Part shown: positions 1 to 10,730 of the stretch, piece by piece
Layout: every line of letters starts with the position of its first letter
Position numbering within the stretch: position 1 is the stretch's first letter
From: Berkelbacteria bacterium GW2011_GWE1_39_12
GTDB taxonomy: Bacteria > Patescibacteriota > UBA1384 > UBA12157
Length of the DNA stretch: 64,000 bases
Assembly: GCA_001029735.1 (NCBI GenBank)
Contig: CP011213.1
Coordinates: 524,613 to 588,612, forward strand
Direction of reading: 5' to 3'
The notes under the pieces: generated by a model
Told to the model about the DNA's origin: nothing
The model's database searches: none
What the model saw: only the letters and a program-made list of their open reading frames with translations
Position numbers and translations under genes: made by a program

Positions 1-7
1 TCAAAAC

Positions 8-3000
8 ATGACTCAATATGATAATTTTAATGACAATAGTATTGATGGCGCTAAATGGACTGGCGGCGGTACTTCAAATGGTGTTACTCTGGCAGAAACT
101 GGTGGAGAAATAAAAATTTCAGGTACCAATAGCTCTGCAGGAAATATTTACCCAACTTTAAATAGTGGATATACTCCCAGCGTAGTAACTCAAGTTGCTC
201 AAGTTAAGCTTAAAACGCCAACGGCTCCTGCTTCTGTTGGCACTTTCTATGAATTTGGATTAGCCGGCGATGGTGGAGCTTTTCCAATAGAAATTCAATA
301 TACCACATCCGGCTGGCGGCTAGCGTTTTACGATCCTATAACACAATGGGCCTACACAGCATATTCGGTTATTGGTAATGAATCAACTGAGTTTAAAACC
401 TTAAAGATTGTATATAATATAAATCATCCTGCTAGCCAATCGCCTGCTCCGGTTAATACTGGCTATGCCTATGGTTATGTTTATGATGCCAATGGCACTG
501 AACATTATCTCGGTAATTTTGCCATCAAGGGTATTACTCTTGGTGATAATATTGGCGTATATCTAAAAGGTGCTGTTGGCCCGGGCGTGGCTGTTGATGG
601 TCGTTTCGATGACTTTATGTTTTATCCAGTTAGTTCTACCGTTTCTGATGATTTTGATACTCAATCGGACGGGGAAAATCCTACTGGCTGGGTGGTGGCT
701 GGTGAACCCACCAATGGTTCTATTGAAGTTGACTCGGCCCAATCATTTTCGACCTCAAATTCACTTCTACTTCTCCGCAATGTCATAAACAATTCAAATA
801 TCAATGCTAATAAGAATTTCACAGCTTTAGACGGAATCGTTTACACCTCATTTAATTTTCGTGCCGATGGTACTACGATGACAGATAAATTGTTTCAGTT
901 AAGAAACGCCAGTGGTAACGAAAAAGTGCATATGAATTTTGCGCCAGATGGCCATATTTACGCCCAATCTACGGATTGGGCAGCGGTTGATCTAGGTACA
1001 TATAGTGCAAATACATGGTATAATGTTCTAATTAAAACCGATTGCCAGAGAGAAAAGTACGACGTCTATATTAATGGTGTTTTAAAAGTTTCCAATTTAC
1101 AGGTTGTTAATACGACAAATCAAAAAACAATTAGTCGAGCCCAAATACATAACACAGGGAATCTAACATCTGGCTCAAGAAGTATATGGTTTGATAGTAT
1201 TCAAATATACAATGAATTTAAAAACATCAGTGGACTTACTGCCGCTGATGCCACTTCGGCTTCGTGGGATTCAACCGGTTGGGCAGATGGCACAAACTAT
1301 CTTGTTCGTAACCGCGCCTACAACACAACAGATAATCTCTTTGGCCCTTACGATCATTCCGATGATGTTTTTGGTTTAGTTTTAGCGCCAGCAGAGGATG
1401 TGCCCGCGACTCCTTCTGTTATTGCTCCGGCAAACAATGGGACGGGTGTCATTACTAATCCTACTGGCACTTCTTCTGATTATTCTGGGAATCCGAGCCA
1501 ATTATCTGCCTCATGGGAGATCTATGATGATGCCGGGTTGGCAGCAGAAAACTTAGTTTGGTCAAAATATGCTGATACCACAAATTTAACATCGATAGTC
1601 GTAAACAGTACTAATGGCACTTTTTCCAATTCTTTAGCTGGTCAAACTACTTTAGCTTCTGGTACTGATTATTGGATTCATGTCAGACATACTAATAGTA
1701 TTGGTGATTCTGAATGGAGTACGGCCAATAAATTCACCACCGCAATCGATGCGCCAACTGCACCGACCAACATTGGAATTAATTCCTTAACCAATGCCGG
1801 CTTTAATGCTACTTGGACAGACAATTCAACTAATGAGTCTGACTTCAAAGTTTATATTTCCACAGTTGTAGCTAATAATGATTGCCAAGATGCGGGCACG
1901 ACTTGGGGTACGGCTTCTTTAGCTGGCGGGGCTGATGTTGCAACCAAAGCAATCTCGGGCCTCACTGGAAATACTCAATACTGTGTCAAAGTAACTTCTA
2001 CGAATGTTGCTGGAGATTCTGCACCGGCATATTTGGCCATTCCAAACTACACGTTGGCCAACGTGCCAACAGCGCCAACAATTGACGCAACATCTTCAAC
2101 ATCTTTAACCACTATTATTAATATTAATTCCAATCCGGCTACAACTGAATTTGCCATTTCCTGTGATTCGGATGAAATGTTCTTAAATTACACAACCAAT
2201 GCATGCGAATCAATTGTCGATGATTCAGACCATTGGCGAACCTTTACTAATTGGGGTGATGCTTCTGGTTTTACTCAGACGGGCTTGAATGTAAATAGTT
2301 CGCACGTTTATAAAGTGATGGCGCGAAATGCCGACAAAAACAACACAAACCTTTCTGCATCTACTTCAAAATTTACCTTGTCTGATACCCCTGCTTCACC
2401 AGATGTAACAAATACGACTTTAACCACTTCTTTGGAAATCGCTATCGCCGCCGATACTAATCCGGCATCAACTGAGTTTGCTATTTCTTGTGACTCTGAC
2501 GAGGCTTTCTTAAATTACACGACCAACGCTTGCGAGACCATCGCCGATGATTCTGATCACTGGCGAACGGCTGAAGGCTGGGGCGCATTCGGTAAAACGG
2601 ATTTATTAGCCAACACCAATCATACTTATAAAGTAAAATCTCGCAACGGTGATAAAGTAGCTAGTGTGTTTTCGGTTGGATCATCTAAATATACACTGAT
2701 TGAAATACCGGTAATCAGCTTCGGCGATATTGCTTCTGCATCTATAGCTCTGACTGGCGGCACTTTATCGAACATTAATGTGGGGTCATCTGGAGTCTGG
2801 TTTGAAGAAACTTCAGGCAATACTGGTGGCGGTAATCTTGTTAATCCTGACGGTTTTGGCGCTTGGAAAACGACAAACTCAATTATTGATGCTAGCTTGG
2901 TATCGTCAACAACTTATTCATACAAAGCTAAAGCTAAAAACGGTGATGGCACAGAGACGGTTTTTTCTTCGCCTGACGCCTCACAAATAACTTCGGCTGC

Positions 3001-6000
3001 AAGTTCTCCGCCTGAAGCACCAACCATTGGTACTCCAGTCGTTGCTTCTGCTACGGCGATTGATTGGCATTTTGTAGATAATTCAACGGACGAGACTGGG
3101 TTTAAAATTTACGATGGTTCAAATAATTTAGTGGCAACTTGTGCCACGTCGAATATCTCTGTTTGTACCGAAACTGGTCTTTCTCCTAACACTCAATATT
3201 CCGGTCGTTACGTTGTTGCTTACAATGAAGCTGGTAATTCAAGTTCTTCAACTAATGCTTCAGCTGTTTATACTTTAGCTAATACTCCTTTAGCTCCGAC
3301 GGTTAATACGGTTGACAATCATCCGGGTGAATTGATAGTTGTCGTTAATACAAACTCTAACCCAGTCAATACTGTCTTTGCCATTCAAGAAACTCAAGTT
3401 TCTGGCGGTAAATATGTTCAAGCAGACGGATCTTTGAACACTTCTGCCGTGTGGCAAAATGTAGCTCAATGGGGGAACATTACCGGCGTTAATATAACAG
3501 GACTTACTGTTGATACTCAATACACTTTTAAAGTTAGAGTGAAAAATGGTGACGATGTCGAAAGTCCATCGCCTCAATTTGGTCCGACGGCACAACAAAC
3601 AACTCTTACTGCTACCACCGCTTGTAATTGGACAAATGATGGTACTAATAATCTCTGGAGCAATGAGCTCAACTGGTCTTGCGCTCATGTCCCGACCAAC
3701 GCCGATGATGCTATTCTCGATGGTGCTATCTCTAATGATAATATGACAATTGATATATCAGCCACTACCGGTTCCCTTACTATTAAAGGAACCAATCTGC
3801 CAACTGGTGGCGACACTGCGTACACCGGTACTATCACTGAAAGTGCCAATTTAACTACTGATAATACTAATACTAAGTCTGGACTCTTCTATTTTGCCGG
3901 CGGCACATACAACGCTGGTTCTCATACTATTACCGCAATGGGTAACTTTACCCTTGCAGGTGGAACTTTCAATAAGGATACCTCCACTTTGGTGATGAAG
4001 GGTACTGGCTCTGTGACAACAGGCGGACAGGCATTAAATAATCTGCAGATCTCGGCAATTAGGTCAACCTCTACATCATTCAGAAGCGAAGCACATAATG
4101 CTGTTGCGCTAAACACGGCCGGCAGCATTGATTTGACCGTGAATAAGCCTAGCGGTGTAGTATCTGGTGATATGATGATTGCGGTTTTTTCATCTGGTTC
4201 GTCGAATTTATCTACAATTTCAGTAGCATCTGGATGGAACCTGATTAGGTCTTTATCTGATGCGACTAACGGTAATTACGCTTATGCTTATTCGAAACAA
4301 GCGACTGGCAGCGAACCTTCCACTTACACATTCGGTTTTACTGGTACCGGTGGCTATGCTTGTGACATCTATGCTTATCAAGGCGGGACAGTTTCTATTG
4401 ATTCGTATTCAAGTTCATTTTACAGTATGACCGGATCCCATGATCCTATTACTCTTACGATACCGCAAATCACTACTGTCTCCACAAACACCGTACTGGT
4501 AAGCTTGTTTGTATCTAGGATGGCTGACTCGTCTACTGCGACACTTTCTACCCCTGTAGGAGGGGTAAGTAGAGCTAATTTCACTATGAGCGTACCAACT
4601 CCTACTCGCTATTTTGTCAATAGTCTAAGCGACGAGACACTTTCTGTCTCAGGCGCCACTGGTACCAGATCTAGTATTGCCAATGAATCATCGGCCTTTA
4701 GTGCCATTGGGTTTATGGTTGCGTTCGAAAATCCTCCAGTTAACTCTTCAGTTATCGCATCTGACGATCTGATTCTTTCCGGCGCTCTTACTACCGATGC
4801 TAATCAAACATTCGGAACTGGTGGCAATGCGGTTACAATTGGCGGTAATATTGCCAACTCCGGTATCTTAACAGCCAATAATTCCACCATTTATATCGCC
4901 GGAAATTACACTAATTCTGGCACTTTCACCTACGGCACTTCGACCGTTAATCTTAATGGCACTGGCGCCCAGACTTTCACTGCTGGTGGCACTGATTCTA
5001 CAAAACAGCTTTACAATTTAGTTGCGGCCAATTCTTCTGGCAATGGTATTGGTGTCACTTTTGCCGACAGTTTAACAATCAACGGTTCTTTCACCAATAC
5101 GACCATCGATTCTAAACTTACTTTCAATGCCGGTTCGACTTATACTTTCCCGATAATTGATCTCGCTGGCACTGATGGTCATACGATTTTATTGAGAAGT
5201 TCTGCATCTAGCGCCTGGAATCTAAATGTTGATGCCGATTCGGTTGTCCATTACATAGATGCCGCCTATTCAAATGCCAACCATACTATCAATGACACTG
5301 ACGGCGGAGTTGATTCGCTCAATAATACCAACTGGGTTTTTGTAAATGCCCCAACAGCCCCAACAATCGGAACACCTCAAGTGCTTTCTACAACTTCGAT
5401 TCGTTGGACATTCACAGATAATGCTTCTAATGAAACAGGTTTCAAAATTTATGATGGCACAAATACTTTGAAAGCTACTTGTGCTACGGCAAACTTAACT
5501 TATTGTGACGAGGTAGCACTTTCACCGAATACTCAATATTCCGGTCGTTATGCGGTTGCGTACAATGACGGAGGTGACTCGATTCATTCGGCCGACGCTG
5601 TTGCAAAATACACTTATATTGAAAATCCAACAGGAATGACTAATAGTGTTAACGCGACGACAATTTCAACTTCGGCAACTGGGGCACTCTCTAATTTAGG
5701 AGCTGGCCAAACAGGATTCTACTTCACTTCTAGCCAGCCTGGTTCAAATACTTGCTTCAATAACTGGATTCAAGATAATCTATGCTTGAACGATAATTTA
5801 ACGCCAAATAGTCCTTACACTTATACGGTTAAGGCAAGAAATGGTGACGGATATGAAACTGCAATATCTGATCCTGTTTCTGTCTATACCTTATCTAATA
5901 CGCCGACTGCTCCTTCTGTTTCTGCAAATTATGACGAAGCAAATGGATACTACGAAACTATTTCTATTAATGCCAATTCAAACCCGGATAACACCTTATA

Positions 6001-9000
6001 TAAGATTGTTTATGATACTGATCCGGTAGGACCCTTTGATTCTGTCTTAGAAGATTGGACAGCCCATAAGAACGGTGACACAATTACACATGCTTCAGAT
6101 CTGTTGTGTAATAGTACATATTATTACAAGGTCCAAGCCCAAAACAGCGACCATGACAATTCGAACTATAGCCCTGTAAGTTTTGACACAACTCCGCCTT
6201 GTGCTCCAATTGGTTTGCAGAATACAAACACAACTGCCACCTCAACTTTACTTGATTGGTCAGGGGAAACTGTATTGACAACGGTTTACGATGTTAGTTT
6301 TGGCACCGACACACAGGCGACCAATCTTGGAGAGACAGAAGGAACGGCAACATCGCAATTGGTTAAATCTGGTTTAAATTCTGAAACAACATACTATTTC
6401 AAAGTTAGGACGGTTAACACTAATGGCACTGGCGCCTGGAGCGGTATTGCTAACTTTACAACTCCGATCGCTGGCTCGTTATTGTTAATCGGTTTACCAG
6501 GGCAAAGCTATGTTGCTGGAACTGGTATAGTTGGCGATCCTAATCCACAAATAGCAGGTCAGTCATTTAACGGTACTGTTTACTCTGTTAACGATAATAA
6601 AATTCTTGCCTCCACAAGTGTTGAAATGGTTACTTTCTCGACTATAACGGACAGTTTAATTTCGAAATTCAATAATGGAAGTTCTGCACCGTCAGCTTCA
6701 CAAACTTTATCATCTGGACAAAAAACAGTCAGTTTTACTTTCTACCAAGCCGGCCAAAATATTATTAACATGACCGGTAGTACGGGTTCAAGTTCGCCTT
6801 TCCAAGTTAATCCGGCTGTTACTTCAACAACAGATTCTACTGTTTCCCCGTCATCGGCAAGCTTAAATGTCGGCCAGACAGCGGTCGAAACAATCACTTT
6901 GGTTGATATCTATGGAAACCTTATTTCTAATCGCGGTGTGACTGTTTCCACAAATCAAATCGGCGATATAATTTCTTTCTCTTCGACTAAGACAAACTCA
7001 AACGGACAGATCACAGCTTATATTGGATCAGGTTTTGCTCATACATCGACATTAACTATCATCGATGAAAATGGATTGACGTTGTCAACCCATCCGCAAA
7101 TTACTTTCAATAATGTAAAGCCAACATCCATCGAAAATCCAAGTAATTTTATCGGCACTGCTGGTAACTCAATCGCTTCTATAGGATGGACAAACCCAAC
7201 TTCAGTATACTTTGATCACACGGAAATATATCGTTCTCAATACGCTGGGCAATTAGGGTCAAAGATTGCTGACTCAACAGTGGACAATTCGGATAATTAC
7301 GTTGATTCTAGCTTAACTAATGGTACGACTTACTTTTACACTTTAAAATCAGTAGATGTCTACGGTAATATTTCCTCTGGGACCTATCAACTAGCGCTTA
7401 CACCAAATGCGGAAGTAGAGCCGAAATTACCAGCACCAACCAACTTACGCGCAACATTAATCAATGCAAACGAAGTAAATTTAGCTTGGGATGCCCCAGT
7501 TGGTAATTTAAGAGTCACAGGATATCATGTTTACAATGCGGATACCAATATTCAGATTGATTCGACAGTTGATGAAGCTTACCACGCAGATGGGCTGTCA
7601 CCAGAAACTACTTACCGGTTTTTCGTAATTGCTTACAACGACGCCGGTAATTCAGGCGCTTCAAATGCTGTTACCATTGTTACAAAAGCAATTACCGGTC
7701 CAACCCCTCCAGGTCCAATTTGCCACAATGGCGGTGGCAGAGTTAGCTATTTAGTCCTAGGCAACATGCCTTCCGAGGTCATTTCCGGTAATAGTTTGCC
7801 AGATAGTGTCAGTGTCAAGGTGATCGTAGCTGATGGCGGGGGACAGCTCTGCGATGGTTATCAGGGTACGATTTACTTTACTTCAACTGATGAAAAGGCT
7901 GATTTGAGATGGGATAAAACAAATAGTTACACCTTCACTAGCTTCGATGCCGGTTTACACGAGTTTGATGGCAAAGGTTTCACCTTAAGAACATTAGGCA
8001 ATCAAATAATTACAGTAACAGATGGTACTGTCTCTGGTAAGGCTGAAATCAAAGTCATTTCTAATAGATCATCTGATGTTGTTTTCTCTAAAGCTCAAGG
8101 TGTCGTTTCAGATTTTGTAAACAAAAATGCAACTAAAGTTAACACTGCCGTGGTTACTGCCACAACGGCATTATTAGTTACGCCGGCGGCAGTGAATGCG
8201 GCTATCGGTTTAGGCAACATTTTACCTCAGCTTATTTACTGGTTTACCCAATTATTGCAAATGATCGGTATTAGAAAGAAACGCAAGCCATGGGGTATAG
8301 TCTTCAACTCTCAAACCGGCCAGCCGGTCAGCCTTGCTACAGTCAAAATTTATGATAAAGAATATAATCGTTTATTAGAATCTTCTGTAACAGACAGAGA
8401 TGGTCGTTTTGGTTTCCTAGTCAGACCTGGCACTTTCTACTTAGTTTTGGCAAAAGGTGGCTTTATCTTCCCATCGCAATATAAAGTTTCCGGCTTCTTT
8501 GAAAACGTTTATACTGGTGGCAATATTAATATTGCCACCAAAGATGAGGGTGCTATCGATTTGAATATTCCATTAGATCCCCAGGCAAAAGCATCAGTCA
8601 TATTTACTTTATGGGCCAATCTAATCAAGATTAATAGATTCTTGCAAAAAATTCGCATCCCTTTAATGGCTATTGGTGTAATTTTTGCCGTAATCATGAT
8701 TATCACTAACTACAATATAATTTACGCCTTATCTTTGGCTCTTTACGGCATCCTATTCGTAATTGAATATCTACAGTCCAAGAGATCAAGACCGTATGGT
8801 GTGGTGAGCGATGTATTTGGTCATCCGTTAGCAATTTCAATCGTTAGAATTTATAGTAAGAAGACTGATCGCTTAATCGCAACAGATGTTACAGATAATC
8901 AGGGTCGTTTCAAATTTTTGGTTGTGCCTGGTATTTATTATATGACTGCAGCCAAGCCAGGCTACATCGACTTTAAGAGTCATATCATGTATCTAGAACG

Positions 9001-9055
9001 CGAACGAACGATGGTTACGACCAATATCAAACTTAAAAAGATGGATCGTCAGTAA
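8..9055 (+). CDS. Giant (>=3015 aa) cell-surface adhesin-like protein. Contains two N-terminal LamG/ConA-like jelly-roll modules, many FN3-like repeats with PTAPT linkers, beta-helix-like G/T/N-rich repeats, Big/Ig-like domains and a C-terminal membrane anchor. The ORF is open to the window's left edge with no signal peptide, so it is probably 5'-truncated.
   Basis: Single 9 kb ORF with recurrent FN3 signatures (e.g. 'PAPTNLRATLINANEVNLAWDAP...YRFFVIAYNDAGNS'). Internal long-range duplications: 'TEFAISCDSDE.FLNYTTNACE' occurs twice, and 'TGFKIYDG.N.L.ATCAT...LSPNTQYSGRY.VAYN' occurs twice. C-terminus has hydrophobic helices flanking two CarboxypepD_reg-like segments ('VKIYDKEYNRLLESSVTDRDGRFGF', 'VRIYSKKTDRLIATDVTDNQGRFKF'). 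No in-frame stop between nt 2 and the ATG at nt 8. Confidence 0.85.
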   Translation: MTQYDNFNDNSIDGAKWTGGGTSNGVTLAETGGEIKISGTNSSAGNIYPTLNSGYTPSVVTQVAQVKLKTPTAPASVGTFYEFGLAGDGGAFPIEIQYTTSGWRLAFYDPITQWAYTAYSVIGNESTEFKTLKIVYNINHPASQSPAPVNTGYAYGYVYDANGTEHYLGNFAIKGITLGDNIGVYLKGAVGPGVAVDGRFDDFMFYPVSSTVSDDFDTQSDGENPTGWVVAGEPTNGSIEVDSAQSFSTSNSLLLLRNVINNSNINANKNFTALDGIVYTSFNFRADGTTMTDKLFQLRNASGNEKVHMNFAPDGHIYAQSTDWAAVDLGTYSANTWYNVLIKTDCQREKYDVYINGVLKVSNLQVVNTTNQKTISRAQIHNTGNLTSGSRSIWFDSIQIYNEFKNISGLTAADATSASWDSTGWADGTNYLVRNRAYNTTDNLFGPYDHSDDVFGLVLAPAEDVPATPSVIAPANNGTGVITNPTGTSSDYSGNPSQLSASWEIYDDAGLAAENLVWSKYADTTNLTSIVVNSTNGTFSNSLAGQTTLASGTDYWIHVRHTNSIGDSEWSTANKFTTAIDAPTAPTNIGINSLTNAGFNATWTDNSTNESDFKVYISTVVANNDCQDAGTTWGTASLAGGADVATKAISGLTGNTQYCVKVTSTNVAGDSAPAYLAIPNYTLANVPTAPTIDATSSTSLTTIININSNPATTEFAISCDSDEMFLNYTTNACESIVDDSDHWRTFTNWGDASGFTQTGLNVNSSHVYKVMARNADKNNTNLSASTSKFTLSDTPASPDVTNTTLTTSLEIAIAADTNPASTEFAISCDSDEAFLNYTTNACETIADDSDHWRTAEGWGAFGKTDLLANTNHTYKVKSRNGDKVASVFSVGSSKYTLIEIPVISFGDIASASIALTGGTLSNINVGSSGVWFEETSGNTGGGNLVNPDGFGAWKTTNSIIDASLVSSTTYSYKAKAKNGDGTETVFSSPDASQITSAASSPPEAPTIGTPVVASATAIDWHFVDNSTDETGFKIYDGSNNLVATCATSNISVCTETGLSPNTQYSGRYVVAYNEAGNSSSSTNASAVYTLANTPLAPTVNTVDNHPGELIVVVNTNSNPVNTVFAIQETQVSGGKYVQADGSLNTSAVWQNVAQWGNITGVNITGLTVDTQYTFKVRVKNGDDVESPSPQFGPTAQQTTLTATTACNWTNDGTNNLWSNELNWSCAHVPTNADDAILDGAISNDNMTIDISATTGSLTIKGTNLPTGGDTAYTGTITESANLTTDNTNTKSGLFYFAGGTYNAGSHTITAMGNFTLAGGTFNKDTSTLVMKGTGSVTTGGQALNNLQISAIRSTSTSFRSEAHNAVALNTAGSIDLTVNKPSGVVSGDMMIAVFSSGSSNLSTISVASGWNLIRSLSDATNGNYAYAYSKQATGSEPSTYTFGFTGTGGYACDIYAYQGGTVSIDSYSSSFYSMTGSHDPITLTIPQITTVSTNTVLVSLFVSRMADSSTATLSTPVGGVSRANFTMSVPTPTRYFVNSLSDETLSVSGATGTRSSIANESSAFSAIGFMVAFENPPVNSSVIASDDLILSGALTTDANQTFGTGGNAVTIGGNIANSGILTANNSTIYIAGNYTNSGTFTYGTSTVNLNGTGAQTFTAGGTDSTKQLYNLVAANSSGNGIGVTFADSLTINGSFTNTTIDSKLTFNAGSTYTFPIIDLAGTDGHTILLRSSASSAWNLNVDADSVVHYIDAAYSNANHTINDTDGGVDSLNNTNWVFVNAPTAPTIGTPQVLSTTSIRWTFTDNASNETGFKIYDGTNTLKATCATANLTYCDEVALSPNTQYSGRYAVAYNDGGDSIHSADAVAKYTYIENPTGMTNSVNATTISTSATGALSNLGAGQTGFYFTSSQPGSNTCFNNWIQDNLCLNDNLTPNSPYTYTVKARNGDGYETAISDPVSVYTLSNTPTAPSVSANYDEANGYYETISINANSNPDNTLYKIVYDTDPVGPFDSVLEDWTAHKNGDTITHASDLLCNSTYYYKVQAQNSDHDNSNYSPVSFDTTPPCAPIGLQNTNTTATSTLLDWSGETVLTTVYDVSFGTDTQATNLGETEGTATSQLVKSGLNSETTYYFKVRTVNTNGTGAWSGIANFTTPIAGSLLLIGLPGQSYVAGTGIVGDPNPQIAGQSFNGTVYSVNDNKILASTSVEMVTFSTITDSLISKFNNGSSAPSASQTLSSGQKTVSFTFYQAGQNIINMTGSTGSSSPFQVNPAVTSTTDSTVSPSSASLNVGQTAVETITLVDIYGNLISNRGVTVSTNQIGDIISFSSTKTNSNGQITAYIGSGFAHTSTLTIIDENGLTLSTHPQITFNNVKPTSIENPSNFIGTAGNSIASIGWTNPTSVYFDHTEIYRSQYAGQLGSKIADSTVDNSDNYVDSSLTNGTTYFYTLKSVDVYGNISSGTYQLALTPNAEVEPKLPAPTNLRATLINANEVNLAWDAPVGNLRVTGYHVYNADTNIQIDSTVDEAYHADGLSPETTYRFFVIAYNDAGNSGASNAVTIVTKAITGPTPPGPICHNGGGRVSYLVLGNMPSEVISGNSLPDSVSVKVIVADGGGQLCDGYQGTIYFTSTDEKADLRWDKTNSYTFTSFDAGLHEFDGKGFTLRTLGNQIITVTDGTVSGKAEIKVISNRSSDVVFSKAQGVVSDFVNKNATKVNTAVVTATTALLVTPAAVNAAIGLGNILPQLIYWFTQLLQMIGIRKKRKPWGIVFNSQTGQPVSLATVKIYDKEYNRLLESSVTDRDGRFGFLVRPGTFYLVLAKGGFIFPSQYKVSGFFENVYTGGNINIATKDEGAIDLNIPLDPQAKASVIFTLWANLIKINRFLQKIRIPLMAIGVIFAVIMIITNYNIIYALSLALYGILFVIEYLQSKRSRPYGVVSDVFGHPLAISIVRIYSKKTDRLIATDVTDNQGRFKFLVVPGIYYMTAAKPGYIDFKSHIMYLERERTMVTTNIKLKKMDRQ

Positions 9056-9057
9056 TA

Positions 9058-9150
9058 AAAAAAGACTCTCTAGTTTTTTCTGACACCGGATCGAGACGGG
9101 GAGGGGCATCTCCATCTCGGGCCGAAGTCAGAATCCAGAAAGTCTTTTTT
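9058..9150. terminator. Long imperfect hairpin between two convergent genes. It is a probable bidirectional intrinsic terminator or structured RNA element.
   Basis: Outer 10-bp perfect inverted repeat AAAAAAGACT (9058-9067) / AGTCTTTTTT (9141-9150). Nested perfect inverted repeat TTCTGAC (9078-9084) / GTCAGAA (9127-9133). GC-rich imperfect inner stem CCGGATCGAGA...TCTCGGGCCG. A/T runs on both flanks. Confidence 0.5.
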
Positions 9151-9163
9151 GTTGCTATTTAAT

Positions 9164-10624
9164 TTACCAGTGGATGAATACAGGTGTACCGATTTCATCC
9201 CAGTTATATATCCATTCAGCATCACCATTGGAAGCATTGATACAACCATGGCTCATTGGATGACCAAAGTTATTGTGCCAATAAGTTCCATGAATTGAAT
9301 AGTCTCCGCTCCACCAGCTGATCCATTCGACATTTGGCACGCTATAACCAGGCCCATCCATAGTTTGGGAACGTGTCTTACCATAAACGGAGTAAGTACC
9401 CGTTGGGGTTGGACCAGTTTTTCCTGACGAAATTAAGAAATGGTTAACCATTGTATATCCGTCGAAAGCGTACAAGGTTTGCTCTGATAAATTAACGTCA
9501 ATATATCTACCGGCAAAACGTCCTGGCTGAGCATGAGGGTTTCTAATGATTTCAATTTTAGTAATTGGATACGTACCAATACTGATGGAATTATTATTAT
9601 TTGATTTAACTTGGTTTAACACATTATTAAGTAATTTTTCTGTATCGACACCAATACCGTCTTGTCCTTCAACCAATACTTCGCCAGTTCCTTCCATAAT
9701 TTCACGATCGATTTTTTTAACTTTAATTTTTGAAGCAACCTTATCGGTATAAGAGTTTACTTTTTGTTTTGAAAGATCGGCAACTAACTTATCGTTAACT
9801 TCCTTAAACTCAATCCAAGAGCCGATTTCACTTCTAGAAATAATATAATTATCATCTTGATAAATAAGATTGATTGGCGCTGTAGCCATTAAACTCTCGG
9901 CTTGTTTTTGTGCATCAAGAGTATCATCAGCAAATATTTTCGGTTGAAGAATAGAAGTTTTTAAAGTGATTTTCTCGTCAATTTTATTTTTAATTGCGTG
10001 TATTAAATCATTTTTAAGTACATCCTTATCAAAACCAAACCCTGGCTTTTCAGCAATTATTGAGATATTACCATTATCAATTGAAAGGCTGGCATTTTGA
10101 GCCGGTTTTTCGATTTCCTGATTGATTTTAGATAAAAAGTCATCTAATTTTGATTCGTCAACCTTCGGGCTTAAAGCGATATCGTGACCGGTAAAAATTA
10201 TTTGAGAGTTGGAGATTACTTTTTGCTTAAATGAGCCATCTCGTCCAAAATTATAAGCATCTGCTACAATCTTATCTGCATCAAAAGAAACTCCTAGTTC
10301 TGGCAGGGTAGAGTTTAGGGTTTGAGTTTCATGATTGATAGAAGGACCTTTTTTATTAATACTATCTATATAGGATAAAATAATTCTTTTAGCTTCGTCT
10401 GGAGTTTTACCCCCGATATTTATTCCGGCAACGGTTACCTTGGGTAAAATTTTTCCGTCGGTATCATTTTTAATCTTCCAGCCGGAAGCAAATAAGAGTG
10501 CCAAAATTAAAAGAACAGCTGATACTTTAGCCATCACTGCTTTGTAAGTAGAGTGTTTAATTTTTTCTGATTTATTAGTCTTGATTTTTGGTAACGCGAT
10601 TGATGGATGAATAAACTGTTGCAT
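9164..10624 (-). CDS. L,D-transpeptidase (YkuD-fold) family protein with an N-terminal membrane anchor
   Basis: C-terminal catalytic motif '...HGTYWHNNFGHPMSHGCINASNGDAEWIYNW' (conserved H/SHGC of L,D-transpeptidases). Hydrophobic anchor 'VSAVLLILALLFASGW'. Start moved to the ATG at 10624 (MQQFIHP...) because a GGAGGGG SD lies 5 nt upstream; the ORF-track start at 10696 has no RBS. Confidence 0.8.
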   Translation of the reverse strand: MQQFIHPSIALPKIKTNKSEKIKHSTYKAVMAKVSAVLLILALLFASGWKIKNDTDGKILPKVTVAGINIGGKTPDEAKRIILSYIDSINKKGPSINHETQTLNSTLPELGVSFDADKIVADAYNFGRDGSFKQKVISNSQIIFTGHDIALSPKVDESKLDDFLSKINQEIEKPAQNASLSIDNGNISIIAEKPGFGFDKDVLKNDLIHAIKNKIDEKITLKTSILQPKIFADDTLDAQKQAESLMATAPINLIYQDDNYIISRSEIGSWIEFKEVNDKLVADLSKQKVNSYTDKVASKIKVKKIDREIMEGTGEVLVEGQDGIGVDTEKLLNNVLNQVKSNNNNSISIGTYPITKIEIIRNPHAQPGRFAGRYIDVNLSEQTLYAFDGYTMVNHFLISSGKTGPTPTGTYSVYGKTRSQTMDGPGYSVPNVEWISWWSGDYSIHGTYWHNNFGHPMSHGCINASNGDAEWIYNWDEIGTPVFIHW

Positions 10625-10730
10625 TTGCCCCTCCGGCCTATTTTTTGTTTTTTTAATTTTTGAAATTTCATTTTTCAAATTATATAAGTATATCAAAAAA
10701 AATACCGTTTGTCAAGCATTGGTATTTTAG

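Noticed and set aside
570-8706. Numerous 60-130-aa ORFs in alternative frames or antisense inside the giant gene (e.g. 570-788, 3290-3688, 8509-8706)
   Set aside because: They are nested within a continuous 9-kb ORF with strong domain signal, which is typical spurious-ORF noise.
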